Below are positions 32,816 to 47,400 of a stretch of DNA of 61,530 nucleotides, one piece after another. The stretch comes from Hyphochytrium catenoides. Its lineage: Eukaryota > Protista > Hyphochytriomycota. Numbering within the stretch: the first letter of the stretch is position 1; every line of letters begins with the position of its first letter. The position numbers and the translations under genes were made by a program. The notes under the pieces were generated by a model. The model worked only from the letters and a program-made list of their open reading frames with translations, had not been told where the DNA came from and made no database searches. The stretch is from assembly GCA_900088475.1 (NCBI GenBank), contig FLMG01000094.1, positions 1-61,530 on the forward strand, read 5' to 3'.

Positions 32816-35220
32816 CGTCTCAAATCAAGAGACGGAATGGCACACTTAGCAGACCGCCCATCACTTCTTTCCACAGCCGATTGCTGGTTGGCAAGTGTTG
32901 ACAGTATGACATGTTGCTCCTCTTAATTGCGCGGTAGTGCTGCTGCTTAGGACCTCCGAATAGCATCATGAAGCACAGCAGAACGATCTCGGATGACGAT
33001 AGCCTCTTAGAACCCAGACTAGACCGCCAAATTTCCTTCTCCAAGCTCACTCGTCCATGTCTGGGTCCGTCTATAAAGCGCCAAGCGAAGCGAAGCAAAC
33101 CTCTTGTTTTTGTTCCCCAAAGCTAAGTATCAGCAGCATATATCATGTCGGATTCATCGATCATATCGAACAGCGGAGGAGGAACGAGACGCCTATCTCT
33201 CTAGCATAGGTGCTTAGAACAGCTGGGGCTTCCAAGTGTACGGATAGTATGTCCCCTGACCTCTCATCTAGCACGCACGCGTTCTAGTGAGCCAGCATCT
33301 AAGAATAAACGGTCAGCAAGCACCTCAATAATAGTTGCACCAGAATTCTTTATGGTTGTTCCCCATGCCAGCATGTGGTCGTGTCGTCCTTGGAGACGGC
33401 TCCTCCTCTTTGCCTTTTTGATGATGGGCGTGCCACCCTCATGAACGAGGAAGACACAGAAGCCAGCAAGCACTCTGGCGCCAATAATCACCACGCAAAT
33501 GGCTTGTCCATGCTAAAGCTTCCTTCACAAAGGTTCACACCTTACTTGCCACTCAGTCAATCACCTGGGGCAGGTCATCGCCCTGGTACTGCTTGCGCTG
33601 CTGCAAGGTTGGATCAGCTACTTCTCCTAATCCTTCCTTAAAAAAGCTAACCGCTGCTTGTTGGTGCCCTTCCGAACCATCAAACTCTGGCGAAGACATC
33701 TTCTGCCCTGATGATGACAGAACCATCCATGGTCCAGAGGAAGAGCCCTTCGCCGTATCTAGGACATGGTGGCACATAGGCGGCGGGAGGACTCGGACAC
33801 TGAAGAATGTATGAGGTACAAGTGGGAGGAGCAGCTTTGTGATTGTGGGTGATGCAGGGTCGGACAACAATAATCATTCCTTCTTCTCTCCATTGGTCCG
33901 TCATATTGTTAGGGAGAACGGAGGAGATCGGTCATAATCTACGATGAGTGAAACTGAAGGAAGAAGGAGGAATGTTGAGACTTTCCATGTCCTAGTCCTG
34001 CTCATTCTTCCTCTGCTGGTCTTGGCGGCGGAGGTTGGACGAAGGACCAGTACCTTCCTCGAGAGACAGACAGCGGTTAAGGTCATGATGAGGAGGGAGT
34101 GGCTGCTGGTGGGACAAGCGCTGCTTGGCATTGTGATGGAAGAACATTGGCCAAGGATCTCATGAAGAGGCGAAGAGTTGTCCCCTCCTCTTAAAAAACG
34201 ATGGGATCTGGAACTTCTGCCGCCTGACTACCTACCTTCTTCTTCTTATCATCACCTCGTTCAGCGTGGCTAGCCTTCCTCTTGCGAGGCTGTCCGCTTG
34301 CAGCGATGCTGGCTCAGTAGGACTTAGTGTACCAGTTGGGCAGAAGAGGAAGAAGATCCAGTTGATGATGAGCAATATGTCCAAAAGAATCCAGAGCTTT
34401 GGCCAATGGCTGGCTCACTGACTGTTGGACAGATACCAAGGGCCACAGGATGATGGTCTATGTCTGTCTGTCTGTTGGGGGTCAGCAGTAGTACACGGCC
34501 ATATGTGGATTCATCTTCTCATCATCATGTCCATCTTCTGAGATGTGCAATAGGCTGCCCAGCTTGGGAACGGAGGGGCGGACATGTGGCATGATCGTGC
34601 ATCCTTTCCTCCAGCGGATTGTTGACAGGCCAGGGCAACAACAATTCAAGCATCAAGCTCACGCTCTCTATGTCTTCTATTCTCATTCTATTGCTCGCAG
34701 TGGCCTGGGACCATGGTAGGACAGGCTCTGCCGTGGTGGTGGTCCTGACAAGTTCCAAAAGTAAAAAGAGAAAGCTGGAGGAGGTGCAGGACCGAAGCAG
34801 CAAGAAGTCAGCCGGCCCGAACAGCCTTAATAAGAAGACGGAAAGACAGAGTAGCAAGCAGCGAGGAGAGAGATAAAAGAGCAAAAGAGGAGGGATGGAG
34901 GAGGCAGGATGACGATGGAGGAAAGAGCTCAAAACAAGCGGAGAGGCACGAGTAGGAAGGAGGAGAGAGCAGCGAAGAAGAGATAGCGAGCGGGTGAAGA
35001 GGAAGAAGGATGATAAACATTTTTGCCCGCAGCAGAGGCGGCACGACCTGCTGGTTTCTTCTTCTTTATCTGCTCGCTAACTCACTGGCTGTCATCACTT
35101 CCTAATAATCTCCGTTGCGAGCAAGTGTCTCATAGTGCAGAAGCTCTCTTTACCTCGTTAGTCCCCTTGTCGCTCTTCTCGCTTTACTCTCTAGCGGCTC
35201 GTTCTCCTCGTCAAGAAAGG

Positions 35221-38126
35221 ATGAAGCGGCAAGAAGACTTCCTTCGGCCACCGTCTACTGATGGTCGGCTAGCAATAATTGTTCTCACTACGAGCTTCCT
35301 TTCGATAGCCCAGCTGCTACAGGGTTGCCAAAGCTCAGGAGCTGGCTCAGGATTGGAGGAGGTACAGCCCAAGCAATGCTTCTGCCAGCCTTGGCAGCCC
35401 TGCTGGCCCATCCCAGCCGACTGGCGCCGCCTAGCAGAGGCTGTGGGCCAAGAGAATCTGCTTGAGCTGGAGCCCTACGGCCAACCTTGCTATCAGTCCG
35501 GACAGGCAGCAAAGTGCGAGGATCTTCGCAACCGCAGTTCGGACATTGACTATCGCATCAGGTGCTTTTCCTACAGCTGGTCGCTCCTTTGTCTTCAGTG
35601 ACGGACTATATTGCCAATTATATCTAACGGCCACCGGTCGCGCCTACCACGACCTGCGCCTTCCCAACGATAGCTTGCACCCCAGTCACTCTCTTCCTCG
35701 TTCTCTTTTTTCCTGATTCTGTGTGTGTCTCTGTCTCTGTACGACAGCGCCTTTCGCGCCTCCATTGTTATCATATTCACCTCTTTCTTTTGGATCTCCA
35801 GCGTCACTCCGTTTCTCTCCCACCTGTTGATCATCATCAGCCTGTGTTTGCTCACACATGTGCCCAGCCTGCCAGGTGCCTATGTGCAGGCTGTTTGGGA
35901 GTGGGATGGGCCACGTGCCTGTCCACCCTTTGGAAACTTGACGGGCCGGACATGCGAGCAAGGTGCTGTCCCCTTGCGTGCCGTTGTCGCTCACAATCCA
36001 AGGCACGTCCAGGAGGCAGTTCGCTTCTCGAGTAGGCACAGCATCCGGCTTGTAGTGAAGAACACTGGGCATGACTTCCTCGGCCGTTCAGCGGGAGCTA
36101 ACACGCTGATGGTTAGCGGCAAATTGTCTTCTTCTTGGGTTGAGCGCCATGTCTCTTTGGTCGTCTGTCTTTGGCCTCCCTCTTCATGGCTGTCTAGTGA
36201 GGGATCTTTCTTGACTCTGATGAACACGTGTCCCTCTTTGCTATCTCCTTCTCTGTGCGCTACCAGTCACGATTCTGCCTCTGCCTACATAGGTCTGGAC
36301 CCACAATATGAAGTCAATTATCTTTGACGAGCACTTCAGGCTTGAGACCTGCCCAGGCTTCACCGCTCAGGCAGAGGAACCGATTTTCGCTGTCAAGGTT
36401 GGGGCCGGGAGCCAGTGGTTTGAAGTCTATCAGGCTGCGCACAAGCGCGGACGAGTGGTCGTAGGCGGCGCAGGTAGGTGTATGAAGGCATTGACTAGTG
36501 ACTCACTCATCATCAGCCTAGCAAGGCTAACGTCTCTCATTCTTTTTTTCCTCTTCCCATCTTTTCTTCTCCAACGAATGCTCTGAAACCCCATTCCTCT
36601 CTGCTCGCTGGTGCGGCCGATGGGCTTATAGGTCGTACGGTAGGAGCAAGTGGTGGCTATGTAAGTTCTTTCTTGGATTCTCATGGCTGGCGTTCCAGAA
36701 AATAGTCCCTCTTTCACTTCCGGTTGTCTCCTTCTTCTTCCCAGTCTTCACCGCTTTCCTAGTTTCCATCTTTCTACCTCTCGGTGCATGGTCGTCCTCT
36801 CTCAGTCTTGACTTCTTCCGCAGCGTAGCCGCTCTTCACGTCTGACAATCTGATCTTTCTTGGTTTAGGTCTTGGGCGGTGGGCACAGCCCTCTGGGTCC
36901 ACGCTTTGGGCTGGCCGTAGATCAAGTCCTAGAGTTCCAGGTTGTCACGGCGGACGGGACGTTGCTTCGTGTGAATAGATGTCACCATGGAGACTTATTC
37001 TGGGCCCTTAGGGGCGGCGGTGCAGGTATAATCTTGAAAGGAGGGACAAGGACAAGAGGAAATGTTAGCAAGGCAGCGAGCTGGGAGCCTGAGCGATCCT
37101 GGAACAGAAGGGTTAGGAAAAGAGGATATGCACCCATAGTCAGCATAAGGGATAGAATGGCAGAGACATTATGTTGATTCGGACTAATGGAGCAAAAGGA
37201 GGAGGAGAAAGTGAAGCAGCTCATTGACTTGAAGACTCTTTCTAGGCTTTGGCATCATCATAGAGACAACTTTCCGGACCTTTCCCATGATCTCAATGTC
37301 GGCAGTCTCCCTTGTCGTGGACATGAAGGGCAATACCCAGAGTTGGACACAGTTCCTGGCCCGGTTTGCGGCTCAGCAGCCTTCATTGACAGAGAAAGAG
37401 GTAGGATCGTACTTCACTCTTCATGGGACGAGCGGGCAGTTCTCTTTCTTTGCTGCCGACCTAGAGCTTCACCTGTTAGAGCAGCTTGTCGGCAACTTTT
37501 CGGACCCATCCACATACATTGGAGCGGAGATTCAACGCCAGGCAACGAACGCGGATACCTTTCTAGATTGGTACACCAACGCTGTACCTCCTGATGAGGG
37601 AGGTGCCGCCTTTCTACTGGGCTCCCGGCTTGTTACTCGAGCTTTCATCAGCAGTGAGCCTGCCAAAGTTGGCTCCGTCCTGGCAGAGCTGTCTCTCTCT
37701 GCAGCAGTTCCTCGGCCATGCTCGTTTTGTGTCGGGCAGGTGGTGGGTGCTATTGTCTCAGGGATCGGAGGGAACCAGACATCCCCAGAACGTCGAAAGG
37801 CCGTATCGGCTCATCCTGTCTGGCGCAAAGCTGGGATGCACATCATGTACGGTCAACTTCTAGGCCTTAATGAGGTTGACGCTGTAACTCGGTTTCCAGC
37901 TGTGGCTGGCATCGTGGGGGAGATGGTCCAGGTGCTCGATCGTATAGGGGAGAAAGGTGCTCAGTACGTCAATGAGGGATATCCTTTTGAAGAGGAATGG
38001 CAGAGCAGCTTCTGGGGAGAGAACTACCCTCGACTCTTAGAGATCAAGCGGGCGGTCGACCCCACTGGCTTATTCTCCTGCCATCCTTGCGTGGGCAGTG
38101 AGTTTGGAAGAGAGAGCTGCAGGTAG
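35221..38126 (+). CDS. Secreted BBE-like FAD-linked oxidoreductase (VAO/PCMH fold, fungal isoamyl-alcohol-oxidase type), 6 exons including a 29-nt microexon at 36632-36660
   Basis: N-terminal hydrophobic segment, [25 protein letters not shown] (flavinylated His motif), VVGGAG|RTVGASGGY|[19 protein letters not shown], and BBE C-terminus YVNE...[29 protein letters not shown]. Confidence 0.93.
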
Positions 38127-38490
38127 TGATGCATTAAGATTGCATGTAGCTGCTGCTGATATCCCAGTAGACCGGAAGAGACACATTGTAGGGGCGGACA
38201 CAGCTTCCATCAGCAGTCATAAGGTTAACTAAGAAAGAGATCGATTTAAACCGCCTGCCTCGATACCTCTTTTGCCTGGTCTACGTCTCTTCCCTATCCT
38301 TTTCTCTCCCTCTGCAGTAACTCAACCACCGTTCGTCATCTTTTCCATAGTCAACACTCCCCTATTGAAAGATAGCTACCGGTGCTTAACGAGCCTAAGC
38401 TGGTGAGCACCCCTGAACGAAGAAGACGAAGCTCTGGCTTTAGGTATAATCTAGTTAACTAGCTCCATAAATATCTAACCTACTATCAGA

Positions 38491-41400
38491 CTATGCCATC
38501 AGGATGCCGCCCATACCAAAATTGATCGTTGCCAGCAGCATCTGTCTCATTTTCTCCTCTGTGCGATAAGGCGGGAGCTCCAGAGAAAAGAAGCATGTGT
38601 GTGCTACTGGCAGGCTGTTCACCGCATCTCTCCCTCCTTTCTTGCTCACTTTGAAGGGTTGAGTCCAGCGTCCTCGAGGCAGTCGCGACCTTCCCCAACA
38701 GAATCGGACAAAGTCTGCCCGCTGCTCGTCGGAGAAAGAACTCATAACTTTCCAGAAGAGGTTCACGGTTAAATCATCTTCCTCATAACCATCATATCGC
38801 GTGTGCTAGAAGGAAATGAGGTGTCAGAGGTGGATTAGGGGAGAGGCAATATGCACCAGACAGCATTCGAACAACAACCAACCGTCAGTTTGCTAAACAA
38901 GGACAAATGAAAGCAACGTAGACAGCTAAAGAGGAGAAATCACAAGGAGCAGGAGGAGAGCATAAGAAAGAATTCCAAGAAGGCAAAGCGACACAGCAAG
39001 TGCTTGGTTAATGGCACGCCGAATCTCAGTTCCTACCTTCCTCCACACCGCGACGTCAATCTTAGGGCTGCCACACGTGGCGAGCTCTAGTTCCTGCCAG
39101 GTCAAAAGCTTAAGGCCACGCATAGGGACAATAGACGCCATGCCGCGCTGAAGAGCCTTGATCTGTAGGTCATTAGCACGGGCAAATGAGACTCTATCAT
39201 GACATCTCTATAGCTCTAACGGCACGGTCAGACAGACACTGTGCCGTCCCAAGTGAGAGCCAACAGCTTAAGATATCTTTCTCTTTGTCACAACTCTAAT
39301 GCTTGAACTGACTGCTATTGGCACACTCATCTCATGAGTTCTCTCTCTTGCGTGTGGCCTCTCCTGACTCACCTGCTCATTGCACTCGTTGAGGCGGAAG
39401 TACTCTACCATATCGCAGTATATGACGCGGTTCTCAAAGGTCACCTTCTTTTCCCTTCCGCCGGGAAGGAGCTCAACCTATTGGTAGGGCAGATAGGGGT
39501 CCAGAGGATAGAAGGGGGGAAAAGATGAGCAACCGCATAACTGCGCCTCTTAGTAGTCCTATGGGCGGTCACCAATTCTCCAGTCCTTATCCATAATCCC
39601 TATCACTGCCCATTCCTCCCTGCCCGTTATGAGCCTGGAAGCCTCCGATCCTATAGTATCCGTTGGCCTATAATAGTCTACGGTTTTTCCAGGATCAACC
39701 TTCCTGCTTACCTCATTGCTGCTGCAGCTGGCAACGACGAAGCTAAGCTCAAGATCAGAGAAGGCTTCCTCAAACTGCTGCTGGTCCGTGATCGCATCTG
39801 CAGTGCAGTTTCTGATACCGTCCAACATCTGTAGTAGCATCACGTCGGTAGCTTCCAAATCTGAACGGTCCACAGCTTGTCCTACAAGCTTCTTCCAGAC
39901 CAACGAGGGAAGCTCGAATGGGAAGTCGCCCTTGGTCCGCAAAGAAATGCCCTGAAGAGAAAGAGAGTTAGCTTCCAAGCAGAGGTAGAGACGACAAAGA
40001 AAGAGTGATGATGATGTGAGCCAAGTAACGTCTCCTCAACGTACCATGAGTTTTCCCATGAACTCGAACATCTGCAGCGCGACTGGAGAGACGCACTTCG
40101 GATTCGGAAGGTACTTGCCACGATTGACACCTGAGGAGTAAGCGGTTCAAGGAAGAATGGTCTTTAGACGACTGGACGCCGAAGCCGCAAGAGCGCCGGG
40201 AGTATGCGAGAGGGAGCTGAGTGGCACAATGACCGAAGAGAGAATCACTTCGAGCTGATTATATGAGGATAGAATGCTGGAGTGGCTGGTTTCAGGGAAG
40301 AATAGACGTAACAACGCAGTCGACGACGCAGTTGCACGAGCCTCTTGACTGAAGATCAGGATTACCGGTGTCATGTTGGCCATTAGGACAGAGGACCAGC
40401 AGTGAAATTCTGTTGGAAAACAAGTCATCCACAATGGAGTTCACGCCCTCTCGGTAGACGCCGCCCCAATCTACTCCTTCCTCTCCGCGAAACTTAACGT
40501 TGAACAGTCGTCCTTTGTTGTCAATCTACATTTTGAAGGATTTTGTTAGCTCACTCACTGGGCACTATGAGCTAAGAAAAGAAGCAACGGAGTATCGGAG
40601 AAATAAGACCAATTACCCGTCGCCGCAGAAGCGCTGTGTCCACGTCCTTCAACTGTCTGAAGGCCTGCCCGAAGAAGCACTGAGACACCGACGGCTCTGT
40701 CTCGCCTTCATCCTGAGCGCAAAGGATACAGTCAGATGGCCCTCTATCATCAAATGACCCTTAAGCAGTTTTGCGTACCTGCGACTCCAAAGCCTTCATT
40801 CTATCAAGTGTTATCGCGGCTCCGTTGTTGTTATTGTCTGAAGCTTCCCATGTGGCATCCACTAAAGCTTCAAGATGTTTTAACTTCACATCGGTGCAGA
40901 TACAGTGGGCAAGCTGACGGAGCTTATATCCCAAAGTCCATGAGCTCTCTGTGTCCTTAACATCTAAGAATTCAATGCATCGCTGGACTCGGAGGTTCAG
41001 ACAGCGGAGCAAGGCGAAGCGAATGTGAAGACAGGGGAGGGGTAGCTCTATGAGAAGAGAACAACGAAGCTCGTCCAATTGAGGGACAAGGCGTATATCT
41101 GTGGGTTTCAGCTCCGTTGAGGCCTGTGTGAGGGGAAGACAAGAGTAAGATCCTGGCGCTTGGGAACTTCTCAGGCGGAAAGGTAGGTAACTAGGGAGAA
41201 GACGTGCTGCAGGTTCCCTTAACAGACGGCGCAGGGTACACTGACGGGACTGGTATCAGGTAGATAGCCACATTCCCTCCTTACCGTGGAGCTAGTTTCC
41301 GCCTTGGCGTTGACCCACTCCATGAACTGCATGTCCATCGGGACAGTCCACTTGCTCATCTCTGACAGTACTGCCAATCCTTCCTCCTTGGAAAATTTCC

Positions 41401-44400
41401 TGAGCTTGGCTTCATCGCTAGCCCCCAGTTCTGTAATAGTAAAGGCAAAGCCCCAAAGTCCATCGGCATTGTTAGCCTCCATGTCTACACTGAACTCATA
41501 GGATACCGAGCCCCCATTGACATCGATCACCCCTAAAGGCCAGCTCTCCGCAGATACTCCGTTTTCGCCCTCCTTTGCATGAACGGAGAGGATCTCATTG
41601 CCGTCTGGTCCTCGAACCACTAACGAGCAGCGGGTGCCTAAAGCGGAGCGGGGCTCAAACCTCAGGCGCAAGCCCGTACTTCCCTCGCTTCCCTTGTAGG
41701 ACCCGTGCTTACTCTCCCCCGCAACGTACGGATGGTGGCTCTCCACGATCCCTACGCCACCGCGAGCATCAAGCCACGCTTCGTTGATAAAGCGGTCAGG
41801 AAGCTGGATAATGGAATGAAACGCGTCCAGAAGATCAACGACATCCTGGAGGACTTGGGCCAAGGGCAGATCAGCCACCTTTATAGGCACAGAGATCGTT
41901 GTGCTAGAGAGAGTGTCTACTTCCGTCTTCATTTCCTCCTCTTCTTTCATCTCTCGCTCACCAGCCTGCGTAGCACCATTGTTGCTAGAGGCATCATGGC
42001 TGATGTACTTTATTCTTCTAGGACCGTCCTCAAAGACGTCAGCAGCTCGGTTAACCGCCATCGACATCTCCAAAAGCTCCAGAAGACGGCGAGGGAGGAT
42101 GACCGTCGAAGCGGCCNNNNNNNNNNNNNNNNNNNNNNNNNNNNNNNNNNNNNNNNNNNNNNNNNNNNNNNCCTAGATAACAGAAAAATGCAATGCTGAT
42201 GACGATATGTGGCCGCTAGCTCTGGAGGACTTCTGTCCAAGAACACTATTGGCTGTCACAATTCTGAGGACCCACCGAAGCGGCATCAAAGACAAGCGCT
42301 GCAATATGCTTCAATGAGGTCAGCCGCGGGCGCTGCTTTTTGGGGAAGTGGTCGGCCTGACGCAGGAGCTGCGCCAGAAGAGAGATAACTCTGTTCTTAT
42401 ACGGGGCCCCTGGCGACCGCAGATAACGTACCAGCGCGTCACAAACCTATATGAACAGATTGACCAAAGCGTTAGCACTGACTGTTTAGCTGCTCAAGCG
42501 TCCAATACTGGTTGAATGTTGTCACGAGGCTGGCGAAGCCAGGACTAATGGACGCCCGGGGAGCGGTCATAGCTCTCTAGGTACTTTCTCTTTCCACTAT
42601 CTTCTTCCTCCTCACGTATCACACCCTTTCGCTGCCTTTCAGTCCCCAGCTCTTTAAGTTTCCAGCGTTGGCGCGTTCCCTCATTCGTATCCGTTCTCTT
42701 ACCATTTTGTTGTGTACTGCTCCCTCCTTAACCAGCTTGTTCGCGTCATTGAGGAGGAAGTCCAGGACCCAGCAGGCCCATTCAAGGCTGGGAGAGGACA
42801 GCACTTCTTCTTCTGAGGTCCACTTGATGCTGCTCATTGGCCGCACATAAAACCGGAAGCCCCATCCATATTCTCCTTCTGTCGACTCCTCGCTGGCACT
42901 AAACCTACCAAGGCACAGGATAAGAGGGATCAAAAGTGAGCAACAGAGGGACAATCCAAAGTACTTCGACCACCGTAGCCCTGGGCAGGCGGGACATCAA
43001 GGAGAGAGCAGACATAGCAGAGAACCAGACCCGAAGATAATGAGGCGAAGAGAGGGGGGACAGTGGAGGTAGCACGATAGGGTGGAGGCCGTGGCGTCCT
43101 TGCTTACCTGAACCAGAACTTGTTAAGGTGGATGACGGTGGGCCTAAAGACAGCACTTTCGCCTGTGAAAGTGGTTATGGCCTTCGTCATCTCACTATCA
43201 CTATAGAAAGTAAGGGATGCTTTAGGACCCAGCTTACACCGAGAGTCGAACGTCACACGAAGAGCAGTAGCCTCTCCGCCGTTCTCCTCTTTATGCCTCT
43301 TGACCTCACCCTTGTAGTTGCAACGAGGAAAGTAAGGGTGGAGAGACTCAAAGACTTCTGTCTCAGTCTCCGCATCCGCCACCTTCGTAGATGCCAAAAA
43401 ATGTGATACACATTCCTTCACTAGAATGCGTGAGAGAAGCTTGCTCTCCTCTGAATTCTCAAGCATCGCGTCTTGAATTGGAGGTAAAGCCGTGGATCGT
43501 TCCTTCTTCTTGCTCTTGACTCCCGTACTTTGAGAGGCATGGCCCAGCGGGCTAGGATGTTGAGCGCCAGGAACGGCAGGTGCCGAAGGAGGAGTAACCG
43601 AAGATGGCGTTGAAGCAGGAGGAAGAGGCACTCCTTCCATTGATAGAGCGATTGCCCTTGCTAAGTCGTCGTCCGCATCCTCTCCCAACCAAGCAGCCAC
43701 ATCAAGCTCAGAGAGAGCAATGGAGCGATCCAGATGAGGCTCAGATGGCACAGGGACGTGTGCTTCTCCTACCGATTGCTCTTGTGCCTCTTTAAGGAGA
43801 GAAGAGGTTGGTGAAATATCCCCCGCGTCCTTGCTTTCCTCCTCATGGTCGTCGTCTGACTCTGCTTCTTCCATCGTTCTCTCGGTGCTCTCATCCTCGC
43901 TGTGCAAGGCTTCCTCTCTTAAGATTTGGAGCATCTTATTTCTGAGCAGCTCCATGAGAGAAGACGAAGATGATGGAGCTTTTGCTCCTGCGAAATCAAA
44001 AACTTCAGATTGAGGAGAAGCGAGGTAATCTTTTGAGAGAGACTGAGGAAGTTGAGACGACGAGCTTGACGATGCTTTTCCGCCTCGTCTCTCCTTGAAC
44101 ACGTTCTCGGATGCCGCCAACAGCTTTACCAAGTCGACAAGCCGATGAGGGCCACCGAAGACTTCGGCAGAAAAACGTGGCAGAGATATCTCCTGCGCAT
44201 GATCTTTCGCAACCTCCATCTTTTCGTCTTCTGAGCTTTTAGGCCAAGCCGAGAGTAGTGCCACAAGCGCTCTTCTAGCGTAGTGAGATCCTAGGGCGGC
44301 CTCGGTCGCGTACATCAACCGCCTAATGCCCCCAGACCCATCGAGAGGCTCCTCGTAAAGCCGAGTAAAGCGTCTTACGCAGTCCGGAGAGAAAACGTAT

Positions 44401-47400
44401 TCCTCTGAAAAGCCATTCTCAATGTTGAGAATCCGTAGTCGAACGGAAGACGGAGTAGACAGCACCAAGGCTCCTGTTCTACCGGATAGTGGCATTCTCT
44501 CCACTGGTCCCATCTCTTCGCTGACAGTCAATAGAATGCCCTCAGGAAGGTACCCTTCCTCCAGCGGAGCAGGATGTCCAGGACTTGTCTCTGCTACTAT
44601 TGGCGCCAGATGCACCTCTGCCTCTCCTCCCGCAGTCTCGCTTCCACTTCCACTACGTCGCTCTCTCCTTTCTTCTCCGGCACCGTCTTCGTCACTCTCT
44701 GTGAAGAGCTGCTCGGCAGCTTGGGCCTGCACATCCTCTAAGGCGGCAAGATCAGACAGTTCGCACCCTTCTTCTTTCCAGTCTTGATCCTTGGTGCTGG
44801 AGAGAGATGACAGATATCGTCTGCCAGAGTCCATTAGCCAGCCCATGGACTGATTCGGATCGTCTCCAAACATCTCTAAAGCTTTAAGAACTAGATCGTG
44901 AGGCATCCCAGAGATCCCTCCAAGTTCCAGCGCCAGATCCTCTCGTGTGCCGCCGCCTCCAGCCCCGGACGCAGTACTTACGGGCTGGTAGAGAGTGGCA
45001 CGAACGACATCCGCCTCTGCGCTCGTAAGCCAATCGATAGCCCCTGTGAGGTCATCTCTGTTTCTCTCTAAAGCGACCATGCAAAGCTCGACCTCAAAGC
45101 CCATCGCAGCCAAGTCGCCAGCCATTTGTCTCCTCTGGCGCTGTTGTTCCGTCTCTTCTTGAGGCGGTTCCTCTACTTGCTGTACTTGGGCAGCCCCATC
45201 TCTCGCCACCTCTTCTCCTGCAGCGTCGACGACTGCCTTAGGAGGTGAGAGAGCCTTGAACATTAGCTCACCAGCAGGGGATGAGGATACTTCCAGCAGT
45301 CGCGCTTGTAGAACGCGGCTCCTTTCTTGAAGATGTCTCAGAGCTACAAAGGAAGAAAGCCGGACTGGTAGCATAGCCACCTGGCACAGCGCCTTCAGCA
45401 GTTCTCCGACTCTAAGCGCTACCTTGGCAGAGCTGTCTTGTGCTAGAATGCGCTGTAAAGACAGCAGTGAGCGGGACTTTATCTGTGCTAGCCATAGCAT
45501 TTGGTCCTGGATAATGCTGTCCGACTGACGGGACGGAAGGTCCGGGATAGCCAGGAAGGCAATGAAGAGTTGAATGAACTCTGGCGACAGATAAAGAGAG
45601 GGCGGAGCCTGGGATTCCACTGGAGAGAGAGAAGAGAGGCCTACTTGTTGCACGTTATGCGTGGGATCCGCGGCAGAGTCATACAGAGCATCAAAGAGAA
45701 CCAGCCCGGCAGGTTTGTCCGGAACAAACTCTATAAGAGTTGCACGGGTAAGGCCATCCCGCTCTTCAGAGGATACTTCTACAGTACCACCTACTCGCAA
45801 ACAATCTGCATACCCACCTAGAACAGCCAACGCAGCATTAGCGCGGGACAGCGTAGCCCTCTGTAGGAGAGAATAGGCCTTTCCATTATCCACTCCCTCC
45901 ATAGGTCTGGTCATCTCCCGGACGAGGGGTGCCCCGTTCCTTAGTGCTACAGCTAGAACAGCCATGACCTGATGAGACCATTGTTTCTCACGACTGAGCT
46001 TTCTTAATAAAGCGACACTCTCGGCAGCTAGTGCTTGGGCAACGTAACCGCTTCTGAAGCCTGAAAGTGCAGAAAGCGTGTCTGAGGCAGAGGGCAGAGA
46101 AGAAGGAAGAGAGCTGCCTGTCACTCCTTGACCTTGGCCCTCTTTACTGAACAACACAGCGGTCGATGAGTCCACCCAGAGCGCATCCGAGATTCGATCC
46201 ACTAGCAGATCCAACAGGGAGGAGTCTGAGCCTAGGATACTGGCCACAGAGCGTGGGTCTAGGACGTTAGAGAGCGAACCTAATAGGCCTAACACCAGCC
46301 TTTGCATCCGAGGGGAGCCCAGCCTTAGAAGAATAAAGAGATGACGAAGGAGAGCAACGCGAGAGAGATGGCTTCTTCCTCCAGCCGTATCTCTCAGAGA
46401 GTAAAGGAAAAGTAGATGCCTGAAGAGGATGCTCTCTAGCTCCACCGGCTCTAGTGGGTGGCTGGTACCTACAGTGTTAGGAAGACGACCAGACACGGCA
46501 GGGGTAGAGAGAGATCGAAGCATTGGAGGCCTTTGAGCCCTCAGCAGTCCCTCTGCCTCCTGTAGGATGTTAGCACCAAGGTCAAGTTCTTTCTCCAATA
46601 GCTCCAGAGCCTTTCGCTGGAGCTCCATGGTGAACCAGAGTGCCTGGGCACCTTTCTCTCCTCCAGCTGAAGCGCTCATGGCTGCGTCCTGAGCGGCTGC
46701 CGATGCTGCTTCGGCCTTCGTTTTCTCTTCTTCTACCGCTGGGTTTACAGTCTCCGGAGGTGCTTCACCTCCAATTTGCTGCTTAAGATCGCTTTCTCTT
46801 TCTCTCGCCTTCTGCCTTCTCTTTCTCTTTGCCGCTGCAGCAGCGGAAACAGTCTCTGTTTCTCTCCTGCTCCCCATGTTTCCACTCATCGCGATTGTTG
46901 TAATCAGCTGGAACACTGTAGCAGCGCACGTTCTCAGCTGGAGAAGCTGGTAACGATGATCTTTCGTCCACTTCTCAGCCTGAGAGATAAATATTTTCAG
47001 GCCCACAGGCTCGTGATGCCCGACGGCTCCTCCGCCTCCTCCAAGCTGGCCAATAGGGCTTCCAGAAACTTCTTTTTCTCTGTCATAATCGTCCGTATAC
47101 TCTTCTTCCTCTCCCTCCTCCAAACTCGTGGCACCCGCAAGCTTTGCTTCCTTCTCAAACATAGACTTTGATCCTCGCTGGCCTATTTGTTTCCATCGGT
47201 GCCACTGACGGAACCAGCGTTGAAGGCGAGAGAGGGAAGTCAGAAAGACTTCCCAACTGAAACCTATTCGCAGTTGCCCTTCAAACAGTGGAGGCCTCTC
47301 GTTTCTCCATAAGCAATCTGTTAGAGTCGCATGACGAGGTGCCTCCTCCAAACGCGAGCTATTTAGCGTCGTAGAGGCATCGTGGAGACGATTGCCCTGT

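Noticed and set aside
34364-34420. Possible C/D-box snoRNA (ATGATGA...CTGA)
   Set aside because: No terminal stem or recognisable rRNA guide, and the motif is frequent by chance here.
33264-34932. Short ORFs between the 7TM-RGS and oxidase genes as a gene or transposon relic
   Set aside because: No coherent exon chain, domain motif, terminal repeats or transposase/RT signature was found.
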